Shown in pieces: positions 17,460-26,288 of a DNA stretch of 28,385 nt. How positions within the stretch are numbered: the first letter of the stretch is position 1; each line of letters opens with the position of its first letter. Source of the stretch: a virus; the UHGV virus genome UHGV-0037349; one strand, written 5' to 3'. Below the pieces are notes generated by a model that did not search any database, had not been told where the DNA came from, and worked only from the letters and a program-made list of their open reading frames with translations. A program made the position numbers and the translations under genes.

Positions 17460-17970
17460 TCTCCTTCATAATTCTGGTAACCTTCGATCTTTCTGAATTA
17501 ATGGTTTGTAGCCACCCCTTAGCCGAAGCCACTGATGTTTTATTAATCGAAAAACTGCCATTACAGAATATCATCTCAATTTCCGGCTCATAATCAACAA
17601 CTCCCCTAATTGTATATGCCAATGCCATAGTTGAAGCCATATTGTTCAGTGAAGTACGTATTAAGCTCTTTTTAGATTTATATTCACATAAAGTTATATC
17701 GCCAATTTTTTCTGATTTTTGGAGCTCAACTTCTATCTTTCTACTTACACTATCACGTAATAATTTTGGAACATCTGCATGCTTGACCTTGCCCCAATTG
17801 GAATCAATAGTTGAAACAAACTCACGGACGTTAAGAAAACAAGCATAATAATACCGATTAAAAGCAGAACGACCATATGCATCTGCTAATATTGCGTGCA
17901 CCTCCCCCTTTCTATGGGTTGTATTAGCCTGCTTAACAAGGTGGTCTGCTACAAGGTGTAAAACAGTCAT
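17446..17970 (-). CDS. Hypothetical protein, first gene of the retron-associated operon
   Basis: 174-aa ORF, AT-rich, start preceded by AAGGGTAGG. Contains HRKGEVH (an Rx4H arrangement) near the N-terminus; function unknown. Confidence 0.5.
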   Translation of the reverse strand: MTVLHLVADHLVKQANTTHRKGEVHAILADAYGRSAFNRYYYACFLNVREFVSTIDSNWGKVKHADVPKLLRDSVSRKIEVELQKSEKIGDITLCEYKSKKSLIRTSLNNMASTMALAYTIRGVVDYEPEIEMIFCNGSFSINKTSVASAKGWLQTINSERSKVTRIMKEIGFV

Positions 17971-18029
17971 AGTGGTGCCTACCCTTTTAATATCTCTCCT
18001 ATATATAACAAAACGCGGCTAATTTCCAT

Positions 18030-18065
18030 ATTTGCGCGCGCTCGTATCCCCGCCACGCCTGCCCG
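18030..18065. other. Probable cos site (cohesive end region)
   Basis: Minus-strand reading GGCGTGGCGGGGATACGAGCGCGCGC resembles my recollection of P2/186 cohesive ends (GGCG(A/T)GGCGGGGAAAGCA...). Position between portal-side genes and the early region is as expected. Recalled from memory, not verified. Confidence 0.45.
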
Positions 18066-18102
18066 CTTTATGTAGTGGTTTTCATGCAGGTGCATGATCT
18101 AC

Positions 18103-18128
18103 GCAAAAGCCCGCCAGTTCTGGCGGGC
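18103..18128 (-). terminator. Rho-independent terminator-like hairpin
   Basis: GCCCGCCAG-ttc-CTGGCGGGC perfect 9-bp GC-rich stem; on the minus strand it is followed by TTTTG. Lies ~270 bp downstream of the 219-aa gene. Confidence 0.35.
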
Positions 18129-18398
18129 TTCAGCTAAAACGATCCTCAAACGATCATGCGGATTCATGCAGCATAGACATGCACCTGTGCGCCTTTAATC
18201 AAACAGGGAATAATTATTTGTTCAGCGGGAGTAGCAATATAGCGGCGGCTATTGGTTTGGAAGGGCTTATGATGACTGTTTTTGGTTAGAGTTTGAACGC
18301 CCAACATCGCCGGGCGGTGGTATTACTACATCATGGCAATGAGAAGGGTGAACCCTTTGCCAGTTTGTCCGACGATGATGTCCATCCAGAGTAAGCGT

Positions 18399-19058
18399 TT
18401 ATTCTGTTGAGATTGTAGATATTTCGGCTTGTTTTTTCTCTATGTAGATCCGACATTCCGCAAGGCATTTACCTACGGCACCACCGAAGTTTGGCCCTGA
18501 CGAAAGCAGCAATGCATCGACATTCTTGATTGATTCAAAGAAGGAAGGTGAGGTTTCAGGATTAAGGTATGTCATCAATAACATCCTTGCTGAAAGGGTG
18601 CGATGCGATGATGTAATGTAGCTTTCATGTGCTGCATTTCTCTTATCAATAAAATCGTTATTACCCTTAAGAATGTAATCCATTGCAAGGTTATAATCGT
18701 TTTTGTACCTATTAGATTCAAGCGCTAAGGATAGGTACTGGGCACATGATTCCCGCACGTTCCGACATTCTTCTTTTTTTATCTCAATTTCCGTAGCAAT
18801 TTGAGTTTGCACTTTCAGTGCTTTGGTTTGCTGCGCAATATTTTTGTCGAATTCAGATGCTTGCCGTTTTGAGGTGATTTCAAATTGGCGGTGTGAACGA
18901 TTCATAGCCCGCCATGCAACAAAAGCAGTTGCCGCAGCTGGCAGAACAGCTTTTGCGAGGTCAAACCATGGAGTCAGGGGCTCCTTTTGACTCGCAATTT
19001 GTACCGTTACCACGTCTTTAGCGGGCTTCAGTACTTCCAATAACTGAATGATGTCCAT
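18399..19058 (-). CDS. Hypothetical single-pass membrane protein (cargo between cos and the DinI-like module)
   Basis: 219-aa ORF with one predicted TM helix (LAKAVLPAAATAFVAWRAM) followed by a charged helical region; AGGAAAAAGG upstream of the ATG. No homology recognised. Confidence 0.55.
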   Translation of the reverse strand: MDIIQLLEVLKPAKDVVTVQIASQKEPLTPWFDLAKAVLPAAATAFVAWRAMNRSHRQFEITSKRQASEFDKNIAQQTKALKVQTQIATEIEIKKEECRNVRESCAQYLSLALESNRYKNDYNLAMDYILKGNNDFIDKRNAAHESYITSSHRTLSARMLLMTYLNPETSPSFFESIKNVDALLLSSGPNFGGAVGKCLAECRIYIEKKQAEISTISTE

Positions 19059-19259
19059 TGCCTTTTTCCTGAGAAAAAGAAACCATCATAGCAAAAAGCC
19101 TGCCGCTTGCTAGGGGCTTCCCACGCCTAACCCTTCACGAAATTGAATCCTCTCCGGCCTTTTCGTTATCTGTCCGCATTGAGGGCGGCTAACGCCTCGT
19201 ACGGCTCGTTGTTCAACCTTGCTGGCGCCAGAAGCAAGTTCAGACGCCAGCAACGTTTC

Positions 19260-19493
19260 TTAATGCAGCCAGCTGTCGTCTTCCCACACCTTCTGCATAA
19301 TTTTCATCACTTGTTTTCTTTCTTCGTCCAGTTGCAGTCCGGTCAGTTCCACACCGTTAGAGCTACCTTTGCGGATACGAATTACCGTTTTGGGATACAG
19401 GGGGCGCAGATTGCGGTAAAGCTCGGATTCAAGGGCGTCCAGGATAGACTGGCTAATCTTCTGCTCTTTATCGATCATTATTTCAATGCGCAT
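19260..19493 (-). CDS. DinI-family protein
   Basis: Start taken at internal ATG 19493 (MRIEIMIDKEQ...) with GAGGTGA upstream. The C-terminus IMQKVWEDDSWL resembles the DinI C-terminus as I recall it (ETWESADDWF). The ORF track extends it to 19565. Confidence 0.6.
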   Translation of the reverse strand: MRIEIMIDKEQKISQSILDALESELYRNLRPLYPKTVIRIRKGSSNGVELTGLQLDEERKQVMKIMQKVWEDDSWLH

Positions 19494-19503
19494 AAAAGTC
19501 ACC

Positions 19504-19692
19504 TCAACTGATGACATCCATTGAGCGGTTGTATTCGTGGGTTCTGATTTTTGCCATGAGTTCATCTGTTAGTTCAGAAATCCACTGCAAAGCCAGCCCC
19601 TTCTCTTCATCACTACACTCACTAGCCGCTACAAGCTTAAGAAAAAAATCAATGCGCTGGAGCTTCAAAGACTCCAAAAAATAGTCCTGCAT
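19504..19692 (-). CDS. Small hypothetical protein, first gene downstream of the LexA box (Tum-region-like)
   Basis: 62-aa ORF immediately upstream of the DinI-like gene; the upstream extension of the DinI ORF overlaps it in another frame. Confidence 0.35.
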   Translation of the reverse strand: MQDYFLESLKLQRIDFFLKLVAASECSDEEKGLALQWISELTDELMAKIRTHEYNRSMDVIS

Positions 19693-19732
19693 CTTTCCTC
19701 CTATGACACCAAAGCAATGCTGTATACATAAC

Positions 19733-19752
19733 CACTGTTTATATTTACAGTA
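19733..19752. promoter_or_regulatory. LexA (SOS) box
   Basis: caCTGTttatatttACAGta matches the CTGT-N8-ACAG LexA consensus and lies ~45 bp upstream of the minus-strand small ORF/DinI-like genes, in an AT-rich promoter-like region. Confidence 0.55.
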
Positions 19753-19844
19753 TATAATAATCTTACTGATGTAAAACGTTTTTTTACGTTCATCAGCCTG
19801 AAATGCCTGGTATTATTAAGAGCACGAATTGTTAACCCGCGTAA

Positions 19845-22259
19845 TTAATACAGGTTCCGCCACTTATCATCTTCCTGCAAACGCTGGTTCCGATAGAAGA
19901 TACGCAGGCCTGCTCCTGACGGAATACTGCCGCCACGAAGGAGTAAATAGACCTCTTTCTCGCTGCCATCAAATCCTCTGGACTTCAGTTCATAGACGAG
20001 CTGCTGTCGCTGATGGTCTGTAATTCGCTGTTTGTAGTCTTTACGCCGTTTCGGTTTCACCAAGCGTAACCTTGCAGCCAATTCCCGGCGCTCTTTTTTG
20101 CTCATACTGTGCAGGTATTCGTGCAACTCCTTGTCATCCATGCGGGTAATGTCCGTTCTGGTATCCCCATCAGCTGATTTGTCTTTCCCTTGTTGGTTCA
20201 AATTTTCAGCCAGGGGACAGTTATTGCCACGAGTCCAAGGGGCGCAAGCGCCCTGGTCGGCTGCCGCCTCCTGAACGTCAACGGCCTTACGAACCATTTT
20301 CCACTTCACTGCATGAGTGCAGATCTTGCCCTCTGCAATGGGTGACCAGATGCCATAAATACGAATACCGTGATCACCATAGGCGGTCGGCTCTTCGTTG
20401 ATTTCATAAGCGGTTCTGATCAAGTGATATTTGCGGGGAACCAACACGCCGCCCTGCTTCATAATGTAGGTGGCAAAACAGCCAGCATCAGCAGCAGCCA
20501 GAATGGCATCAAGACGCGGATCATCCAGTACCGGCGCACCTGCTTTTTTGTCACCCTGCTGCCTTGCCGCCTGACCAGCCAGCAATCGCAGTTCACGGTA
20601 AGCCTGACGCCCCGGAATGCCAAAGAAGCGGAATTGCTGAACACGATGCAGAGACGCCCAAGCATTAACGTATTCAGCGTTATCACGCAGGGATTTACCC
20701 GTTTCCTTGCTGATCTCGCCAGCCAGACCACGCCCGTCAATGTTCTTACTGATGTATTTCGCGATGTAGCTTGTCGGCGTTCCTTTGCGCGGGTTAATCA
20801 GCTCAGACTTAAAGCGTGGCCCCGTGTTATTGCCCAGTTCCTCGCGGTCTTCACGGATGGCAAACTTACGCAGTAATGCAGTGATGGCGCGGCGGTCTTT
20901 TTTACGCATGAAGCACATGAGATGCCAGTGCACAGTACCGTCATGATGCGGCTCAGCCACCCGCACGCCATACCACCGCAATCCGGCTTTGTGCATCGCC
21001 TTACGAAATGCAGCAAACATGCCGACCAGATAATCACTGCTTTGTCTTACCGTCGCATTTGTCCAGGTCGGGTTTGGTCTGCCGTTATTGAGCGTGGAAT
21101 GGAAACGTGACGGACAGGTGATGGTGTAGAAAACGGCGCAGTCACCGCGCATTTCCGCGATAAGCTCCAGACCTTTAACGCAGGCCATCATCTCATTGCG
21201 GCGATGTGCCGGGTTGCTGCTGCTGGCGTTTACCACATCTTCCATATCCAGCGTGTCTCCGTCTTCGTTCACCAGTTCATGAGAACGGAAAAACTCCAGC
21301 GACTTGCGGCGCTGCTCACGTTTATGCGTCACTGCTTCATAGCTGACATAGGGAGATGCTTTTTTGCTGACCAGACAGACAGCACGCAACTGCTCTTCCC
21401 GCCATTCGCAACGCATCTTCCACAATTTTCGATACCACCAGTCGGCGCAAAGCATACGTGCCAGCGAACCCGGTATGAGTTCATAGGGCACAGGTTTGCG
21501 GCGGTTTCTTTTCCGACGAAGTTTCTCAAACGCAGGCGGGATAACATCCAGACGCAGGGTTTCCGCAGCCACCTTTTCCCATGTCTTGCGGATTTCTTCT
21601 GGCTTAACGTCATCGGTGGCGTACAAATCACCACAAGCGGCCTCAAGACACATGCTCATATGCGCTGCTACCAGGGTGGACAGGCGTTTCACCTGATCCT
21701 GGCTCATTTCAGGCAGGATCAGCAGCCCCTCCAGCCCTTGATGGCTTGCCATAAAACGGAAAGAAACAGATAGCTGACTGTCACGTACACAATCCAGTCG
21801 CTCCAGACATGGCTTAATCGTCTCACGCAAATAGCGGGAATAAGCCTTTGGCCTGCCCAGGCTGCTGAAGTATTCGATACGTTGCATCAGCGGCTTGCTG
21901 ATATGAGAAGGCTGGGCGCTGACATCTGCCAGAATGACCATGTCCGGGTTAAAACGCTGCTGCTCATGCGCCAGCTTTGCCCGGCTAATGAGCTTATCCT
22001 GCTCCATTTCGCGCTGGACAGGATCACGGGATTCATTAAAGAAATAACGCTCCCAGACCTGCTCACTCAGTGCCTCGCGGCGCAGTTGTTCCTGCTCGTT
22101 ATCGGCAGCGTACAGAGTGATCAGGTTTGAAAGTGCAGACTCCGGCGCAACTTCCGCCGGATCCAGATAAGGGTTAATGGCCTTTTTCGGGCCGTTCCAT
22201 GAAAATGCTGCGGCAGCCTCGTTAAAGCCGCTAGAGTTGCTCATATCGTCATGACTCAT
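19845..22259 (-). CDS. Replication initiation endonuclease (P2 A-like rolling-circle initiator)
   Basis: 804-aa ORF with HUH-like motif (TVHWHLMCF) and a downstream tyrosine motif (YIAKYISK); start overlaps the Dam stop. Confidence 0.85.
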   Translation of the reverse strand: MSHDDMSNSSGFNEAAAAFSWNGPKKAINPYLDPAEVAPESALSNLITLYAADNEQEQLRREALSEQVWERYFFNESRDPVQREMEQDKLISRAKLAHEQQRFNPDMVILADVSAQPSHISKPLMQRIEYFSSLGRPKAYSRYLRETIKPCLERLDCVRDSQLSVSFRFMASHQGLEGLLILPEMSQDQVKRLSTLVAAHMSMCLEAACGDLYATDDVKPEEIRKTWEKVAAETLRLDVIPPAFEKLRRKRNRRKPVPYELIPGSLARMLCADWWYRKLWKMRCEWREEQLRAVCLVSKKASPYVSYEAVTHKREQRRKSLEFFRSHELVNEDGDTLDMEDVVNASSSNPAHRRNEMMACVKGLELIAEMRGDCAVFYTITCPSRFHSTLNNGRPNPTWTNATVRQSSDYLVGMFAAFRKAMHKAGLRWYGVRVAEPHHDGTVHWHLMCFMRKKDRRAITALLRKFAIREDREELGNNTGPRFKSELINPRKGTPTSYIAKYISKNIDGRGLAGEISKETGKSLRDNAEYVNAWASLHRVQQFRFFGIPGRQAYRELRLLAGQAARQQGDKKAGAPVLDDPRLDAILAAADAGCFATYIMKQGGVLVPRKYHLIRTAYEINEEPTAYGDHGIRIYGIWSPIAEGKICTHAVKWKMVRKAVDVQEAAADQGACAPWTRGNNCPLAENLNQQGKDKSADGDTRTDITRMDDKELHEYLHSMSKKERRELAARLRLVKPKRRKDYKQRITDHQRQQLVYELKSRGFDGSEKEVYLLLRGGSIPSGAGLRIFYRNQRLQEDDKWRNLY

Positions 22260-23113
22260 ACACGCACCTCGTACACAGCAGAACTATCCACGCCACGCGA
22301 AGGATCAAATCCCATCCAGCAGCGCGACCCGGAAACAGCAATGATTTCTGTTGCAGATTTACTCTCGCCAGCTGACACGCCGATGCTGCGTTTTGCCTTG
22401 ATGTAGTGGTGAGTGAAATTGCGATACAGCGAACGGATCAGGGATGTGTCACTGTTAGAAACAATGACCGGATGACCTTCTGATGATCGATATTCAAGAA
22501 CGGATGCCAGGTGATACTGGTCATCTTCAGTGAAGCCGTCAGTGTGATAACCGGAAAACGTGCCGTCATACGGCGGATCGCAATACACCACATCCCCCGC
22601 CTTCAACATCGCCAGCGTTTCATCAAAGCTGGCGCAGATAAACGTTGCCCGCTGGGCTTTTTCTGCAAATGCGCGAATTTCTTTTTCAGGGAAATACGGA
22701 TTTTTATAATTACCGTAGGGAATGTTGAAATGCCCGCTCTTGTTATAGCGACATAACCCACGGTAACCATGACGATTGAGATACAGGAAATATATCGCTT
22801 TCATGAAATCAGTAATTTCAGTTGAGTAATTAAACTCCTGCCTTATGTTGTAATAAGCTAGGTCACTGTTTGCTTCCTCAAACAAAGTTCTGGTCCGCGA
22901 TATAAACGCCTCGCAATCAGCGGCAATCTTTTTATAGAGGTTGATTAAATCAGGATTAATATCCGCAACCAGATAGCTGGGGTAATCCGTCTCCATCATC
23001 ACAGCACAGGAACCCGCGAAAGGTTCAACCAGTCGCGGGCCAGCAGGTAGGTATTTTTTCAGTTCGGACATAATTGCGGTTTTATTTCCCGCCCATTTCA
23101 GGATGGTGCTCAT
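22256..23113 (-). CDS. dam: DNA adenine methyltransferase (Dam-like, N6-adenine)
   Basis: Start taken at ATG 23113 ([11 protein letters not shown]...), preceded by GGAGGTG. Contains the FxGxG-like SAM region (EPFAGSCAV) and the DPPY catalytic motif (VYCDPPYDG); overall pattern matches E. coli Dam as recalled. Confidence 0.85.
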   Translation of the reverse strand: MSTILKWAGNKTAIMSELKKYLPAGPRLVEPFAGSCAVMMETDYPSYLVADINPDLINLYKKIAADCEAFISRTRTLFEEANSDLAYYNIRQEFNYSTEITDFMKAIYFLYLNRHGYRGLCRYNKSGHFNIPYGNYKNPYFPEKEIRAFAEKAQRATFICASFDETLAMLKAGDVVYCDPPYDGTFSGYHTDGFTEDDQYHLASVLEYRSSEGHPVIVSNSDTSLIRSLYRNFTHHYIKAKRSIGVSAGESKSATEIIAVSGSRCWMGFDPSRGVDSSAVYEVRV

Positions 23114-23337
23114 ACAGCACCTCCGTTGTAATGTTTGCCTTTCAGCTCTGCGATTTCCTGACAGGTAATGCAAAGCTGCACTCCAGGAATGGCACGGCGG
23201 CGTGCTGGCGGAATTGGTGCTTCACATTCAATGCAAAGCACGCGAGACACGCCCGGTGTTTTGGCACGGGCAGCACGGATATGGCGCTGGCGTTCTTCTT
23301 CAACGCGCTGCTGTACGAGATCCATTGCATCAGCCAT
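23110..23337 (-). CDS. TraR/DksA-family C4-type zinc-finger protein
   Basis: 75-aa ORF with CIECEAPIPPARRRAIPGVQLCITCQ (Cys-x2-Cys ... Cys-x2-Cys); stop overlaps the Dam start (translational coupling). Confidence 0.65.
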   Translation of the reverse strand: MADAMDLVQQRVEEERQRHIRAARAKTPGVSRVLCIECEAPIPPARRRAIPGVQLCITCQEIAELKGKHYNGGAV

Positions 23338-23576
23338 TAGTGGATCTCCTGCGCTTCGTTCTGGATTGCTTCAGCGGTCACACGCAGCAGTTCTGCTGCT
23401 TCGACGTGGTTTAGCTGGCGGGATGTGATATGACACGCCAGGCTATCAAGGCGGGCAGCCATTGCCTCAGCCCTTGCCCGACGTTCTTCAAGTCGGGCCT
23501 CTGTCAGTAAAAGATTAAGACCTGCATCATCCGGTCCGGTTTTAGTCGTGAGGGTTTCAATATTACGCATAATCAA
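23337..23576 (-). CDS. Hypothetical early-region protein
   Basis: 79-aa ORF co-oriented and abutting neighbouring early genes; no motif recognised. Confidence 0.45.
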   Translation of the reverse strand: MIMRNIETLTTKTGPDDAGLNLLLTEARLEERRARAEAMAARLDSLACHITSRQLNHVEAAELLRVTAEAIQNEAQEIH

Positions 23577-23637
23577 TTCTCCTGAATTTAGATAAAGGGA
23601 TGCCCGGCGGGTTTACGCCATGAATTTTATTTATTGG

Positions 23638-23979
23638 TTAATTCGGCATGGTTAGCCGTCTGGGAAATAAGCTCACCACTGCACGAAAATGATTCATTGC
23701 TTTAATCAACTCCCGCTTTTCGTCAGTGGTCAGCTCATTAATGCTGATGCTATGACGTTCAGCTGGAATTTTTGCCATAAAGAATATGGCAGCCAGTGCT
23801 CGTTTATTTTGTTCGTTATTGATATCCCGTGGATCACGCATATCTTTAATAAACCGCTCAAGCTCTGACTCAATATTCAGGCCAAATACTTTCGCCCTTA
23901 ACTCCGCAATGTGATTAAGTCCATTCAGGCGTTCACCGGGGCTTAATGGAACAGTCGCCGCAGCGCCATTAATTGCCAT
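23638..23979 (-). CDS. Hypothetical early-region protein
   Basis: 113-aa ORF co-oriented in the early operon; no motif recognised. Confidence 0.45.
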   Translation of the reverse strand: MAINGAAATVPLSPGERLNGLNHIAELRAKVFGLNIESELERFIKDMRDPRDINNEQNKRALAAIFFMAKIPAERHSISINELTTDEKRELIKAMNHFRAVVSLFPRRLTMPN

Positions 23980-24001
23980 AATTCATATCCCCAAAACGCA
24001 A

Positions 24002-24226
24002 CTATCGTTCTTTGTTCTTACGGTAACGTTCAAGAGGAGATACATTTTTTCGTATCGTTTCTTTAACCTGCTCTCCCCGTAAAAACGTCCCATCCCTTAG
24101 CGTGAAAAAGTAACTGCCATCGCCCGACAACGACGGATAACAACAGAGCAAATCATCTTCAGGTACTGAATAACTTTCCCCTCTGTAACGAAACTGATAA
24201 ACCACTTCACTTTCCGCTGCATACAT
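24002..24226 (-). CDS. Hypothetical small protein
   Basis: 74-aa ORF with GGAGAAAG upstream of its ATG; overlaps the preceding ORF in another frame. Confidence 0.35.
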   Translation of the reverse strand: MYAAESEVVYQFRYRGESYSVPEDDLLCCYPSLSGDGSYFFTLRDGTFLRGEQVKETIRKNVSPLERYRKNKER

Positions 24227-24393
24227 TTTGACTTTCTCCGTTTCCTCGTGGTCAATTCAGACAGCAATTCATCTTGTGAATGACATGGATGCCAGCGTTT
24301 ACCATCCTCACCCATGATCCAGCCGTGACCGTAGTGCATTGCCGGGCTTTGTTTTACCAGCAGCGATGCAAATGATGGTTCTTTCGTCAGCAT
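24097..24393 (-). CDS. Hypothetical protein downstream of CII-like gene
   Basis: Start taken at ATG 24393 (MLTKEP...) with GAGGTG upstream. Overlaps ORF 24002..24226 in a different frame for ~130 bp, so one of the two (or a frameshift) may be the real product. Confidence 0.35.
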   Translation of the reverse strand: MLTKEPSFASLLVKQSPAMHYGHGWIMGEDGKRWHPCHSQDELLSELTTRKRRKSKCMQRKVKWFISFVTEGKVIQYLKMICSVVIRRCRAMAVTFSR

Positions 24394-24400
24394 AAGCACC

Positions 24401-24919
24401 TCACAGCAAACCGAATGAAGCACCGAGGCCAGTTACGGTATCAACTGCACTCGCCATCGCAGGGTTAGCCTGTAAACGGGCCTGCAATGAAACAGCAGCC
24501 AGTGCCATCAGTCGTGTTACAGAGTTAATGCTGCTGATGGCATCACGACGACCTGCACTGGTTTTTACATCGCCAGATACCGCACCTGCAGCAACACGCC
24601 CGATCTCTGCGGTTGCACTCATGACGTAATGTGGCAGTTTCTCTTTTGCCACCTCATTAATCGGTACACATGGCAGACAATGAATCTGTGCCAGAAAACC
24701 GTCTACCAGCGTTGAATCTTCAGTCAGATCGGTAAGCAGCCAGATTTCTGGTGCGGTTAATAAATGAGGTTGAGCTGGGTTCAGCTTGTTCCGCAGAATC
24801 TGCACATTCATGCCTGCACGTTCTGCCAGTTGCACCAGGTTGTGGCGCAGTGCGAATGCACGACAGGCTTCATCAAAATGTGGATGTTTGGAAACTTGGT
24901 AATCAAACATGGTTTTCAA
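24401..24919 (-). CDS. cII: CII-like transcriptional activator (phage 186 CII-like)
   Basis: 172-aa protein. Size, position (second gene of the lytic-direction operon after the Apl-like gene) and sequence character ([12 protein letters not shown] ... [24 protein letters not shown]) match my recollection of 186 CII; not verified by alignment. Confidence 0.65.
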   Translation of the reverse strand: MKTMFDYQVSKHPHFDEACRAFALRHNLVQLAERAGMNVQILRNKLNPAQPHLLTAPEIWLLTDLTEDSTLVDGFLAQIHCLPCVPINEVAKEKLPHYVMSATAEIGRVAAGAVSGDVKTSAGRRDAISSINSVTRLMALAAVSLQARLQANPAMASAVDTVTGLGASFGLL

Positions 24920-24974
24920 CTCCGAACTTATCGCAAAATCGAACTCAGCGTCTTATTGTGAAAATAGACGTCTA

Positions 24975-25178
24975 TTAAGCAGACAAAGCATCAACAGTCA
25001 GAGCAGCCAGGTTAATCATTACCTTTTCACGTTTTTTGTCTTTACGAAGACGATGACGAGGTAGTCGGCCATCAGCCAACATGTCGTTAATCGTATCAAT
25101 AGAAAGGCCAGTCAGTTCGCTATAACGTTCGATTGTGACATGTGGTGTATTCAGAGTAATTGAAATGTTAGGTGTCAT
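24975..25178 (-). CDS. Apl/Cox-like excisionase / lytic-operon regulator
   Basis: 67-aa ORF, first gene divergent from the repressor; small basic protein with helix-turn-helix-like character, as for P2 Cox / 186 Apl. Confidence 0.6.
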   Translation of the reverse strand: MTPNISITLNTPHVTIERYSELTGLSIDTINDMLADGRLPRHRLRKDKKREKVMINLAALTVDALSA

Positions 25179-25267
25179 AAGGCAACATTCCTTCTAGATA
25201 TGGCTTGTGGCGAGCCGTTGTTTGTCGTGATTAGTAGTGAAGGCTCCAAAAGAACACTTCTGGTTCA

Positions 25268-25296
25268 ACTTTAAGATCGCTTTTGGAATCTGTCAA
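25268..25296 (-). promoter_or_regulatory. Candidate early lytic promoter (pR-like) in the immunity switch region
   Basis: Minus-strand TTGACA (25291-25296) and TAAAGT (25268-25273) with 17-bp spacing, ~80 bp upstream of the Apl-like gene and facing the repressor leader. By-eye prediction only. Confidence 0.25.
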
Positions 25297-25323
25297 CGAA
25301 TTTTGGATTTCTTTGGAGGACTT

Positions 25324-25893
25324 GTGGATTTCAATAGCGGCGGTAAGAAAGCCATAGAACGTTTAGTTGAAGCATATGGGTTCGGTACCCGTCAGGCTCT
25401 CTGTGATCATTTAGGTGTTTCTAAGAGCACCATGGCAACGCGCTATATGCGTGATATTTTTCCAGCAGATTGGGTAATCCAGTGCGCCCTTGAAACGGGC
25501 ACCTCGCTTAATTGGCTAACAACAGGGCATGGTTCAAAGCAAGCATCAGCAAATACAAATACTATAGAAGTAGAAAAATATTTATTGTCTGATGGAGCAT
25601 TGCAGAAAGACGGTTTTTATATTTTTGATAAGGGATTTCTACCCTCTACGTTTAAAAAACCTTTTGTCATCACAGATAACAATTCTGAATTTATTTGTGA
25701 TAAAGAATTTGATGATATACGTGATGGTAAATGGGTAATAAGTATTGATGGCGAAATAACGATCCGTGACATTACTCGTTTACCCGGTGGAAGAATCTTC
25801 GTCGAGGGTGGAAACAGAGCCTTCGAATGCAAGATAGAAGACATTGAAATAATTGGTAAAATTATAAGTTTAACAGTCAAGTATGTTAAATAG
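25324..25893 (+). CDS. cI: CI-type immunity repressor (186 CI-like)
   Basis: ORF track gives 25237..25893; I place the start at in-frame GTG 25324 so the protein begins near ERLVEAYGFGTRQALCDHLGVSKSTMATRYMR, which resembles the recalled 186 CI N-terminal HTH (ICEAYGF...CALETGANLQWLLTG). The start is uncertain. C-terminal half is AT-rich. Confidence 0.65.
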   Translation: MDFNSGGKKAIERLVEAYGFGTRQALCDHLGVSKSTMATRYMRDIFPADWVIQCALETGTSLNWLTTGHGSKQASANTNTIEVEKYLLSDGALQKDGFYIFDKGFLPSTFKKPFVITDNNSEFICDKEFDDIRDGKWVISIDGEITIRDITRLPGGRIFVEGGNRAFECKIEDIEIIGKIISLTVKYVK

Positions 25894-25908
25894 TACCGGG
25901 AGGAAACT

Positions 25909-26100
25909 ATGCTTGGTAAGGTATTTTTTGTGGTTTTGTCATGTTCTTTGTTATTAAACCCACTAACTACCTATGCTAGAAATTATCCCTGCTCAGGGAA
26001 AAAGGGAGGTGTTTCTCACTGTACCTCAGATGGCAAATTCGTTTGCAATGATGGAACTATTAGTAAATCCAAAAAAATCTGTACTAAAAACTCACGATAA
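25909..26100 (+). CDS. Small Cys-containing secreted protein or lipoprotein (moron between repressor and integrase)
   Basis: 63-aa ORF with a strong RBS (GGGAGG), an N-terminal signal peptide ([19 protein letters not shown]) and four Cys in the mature part; AT-rich. Confidence 0.5.
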   Translation: MLGKVFFVVLSCSLLLNPLTTYARNYPCSGKKGGVSHCTSDGKFVCNDGTISKSKKICTKNSR

Positions 26101-26288
26101 CTTTTGCTTTTATATCTGCGTCTAAAATAAAAATGAGCCGCATGTTAACCGCAAAAGTTACATGCTCACATAGCAAAAAGAATAGCCAACTTCATTATGG
26201 CTTCAGTGAGATGTATGGTCGTAGGATTTCATACATTGACACTGGTTATACATACAGTAAAAATGCTCTCTACTGGAGGGCATTTTTT

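Noticed and set aside
19220-19253. Inverted repeat (GCTGGCG ... CGCCAGC) just downstream of the DinI-like gene as a terminator
   Set aside because: Loop of ~18 nt and no U-tract on the transcribed strand; too weak to call.
25237-25323. Upstream extension of the repressor ORF (MKAPKEHFWFNFKIAF...) as the real N-terminus
   Set aside because: The extension runs through the divergent promoter/operator region and has no resemblance to repressor N-termini, whereas the in-frame GTG at 25324 begins a helix-turn-helix-like segment. It remains possible that the true start is elsewhere nearby.
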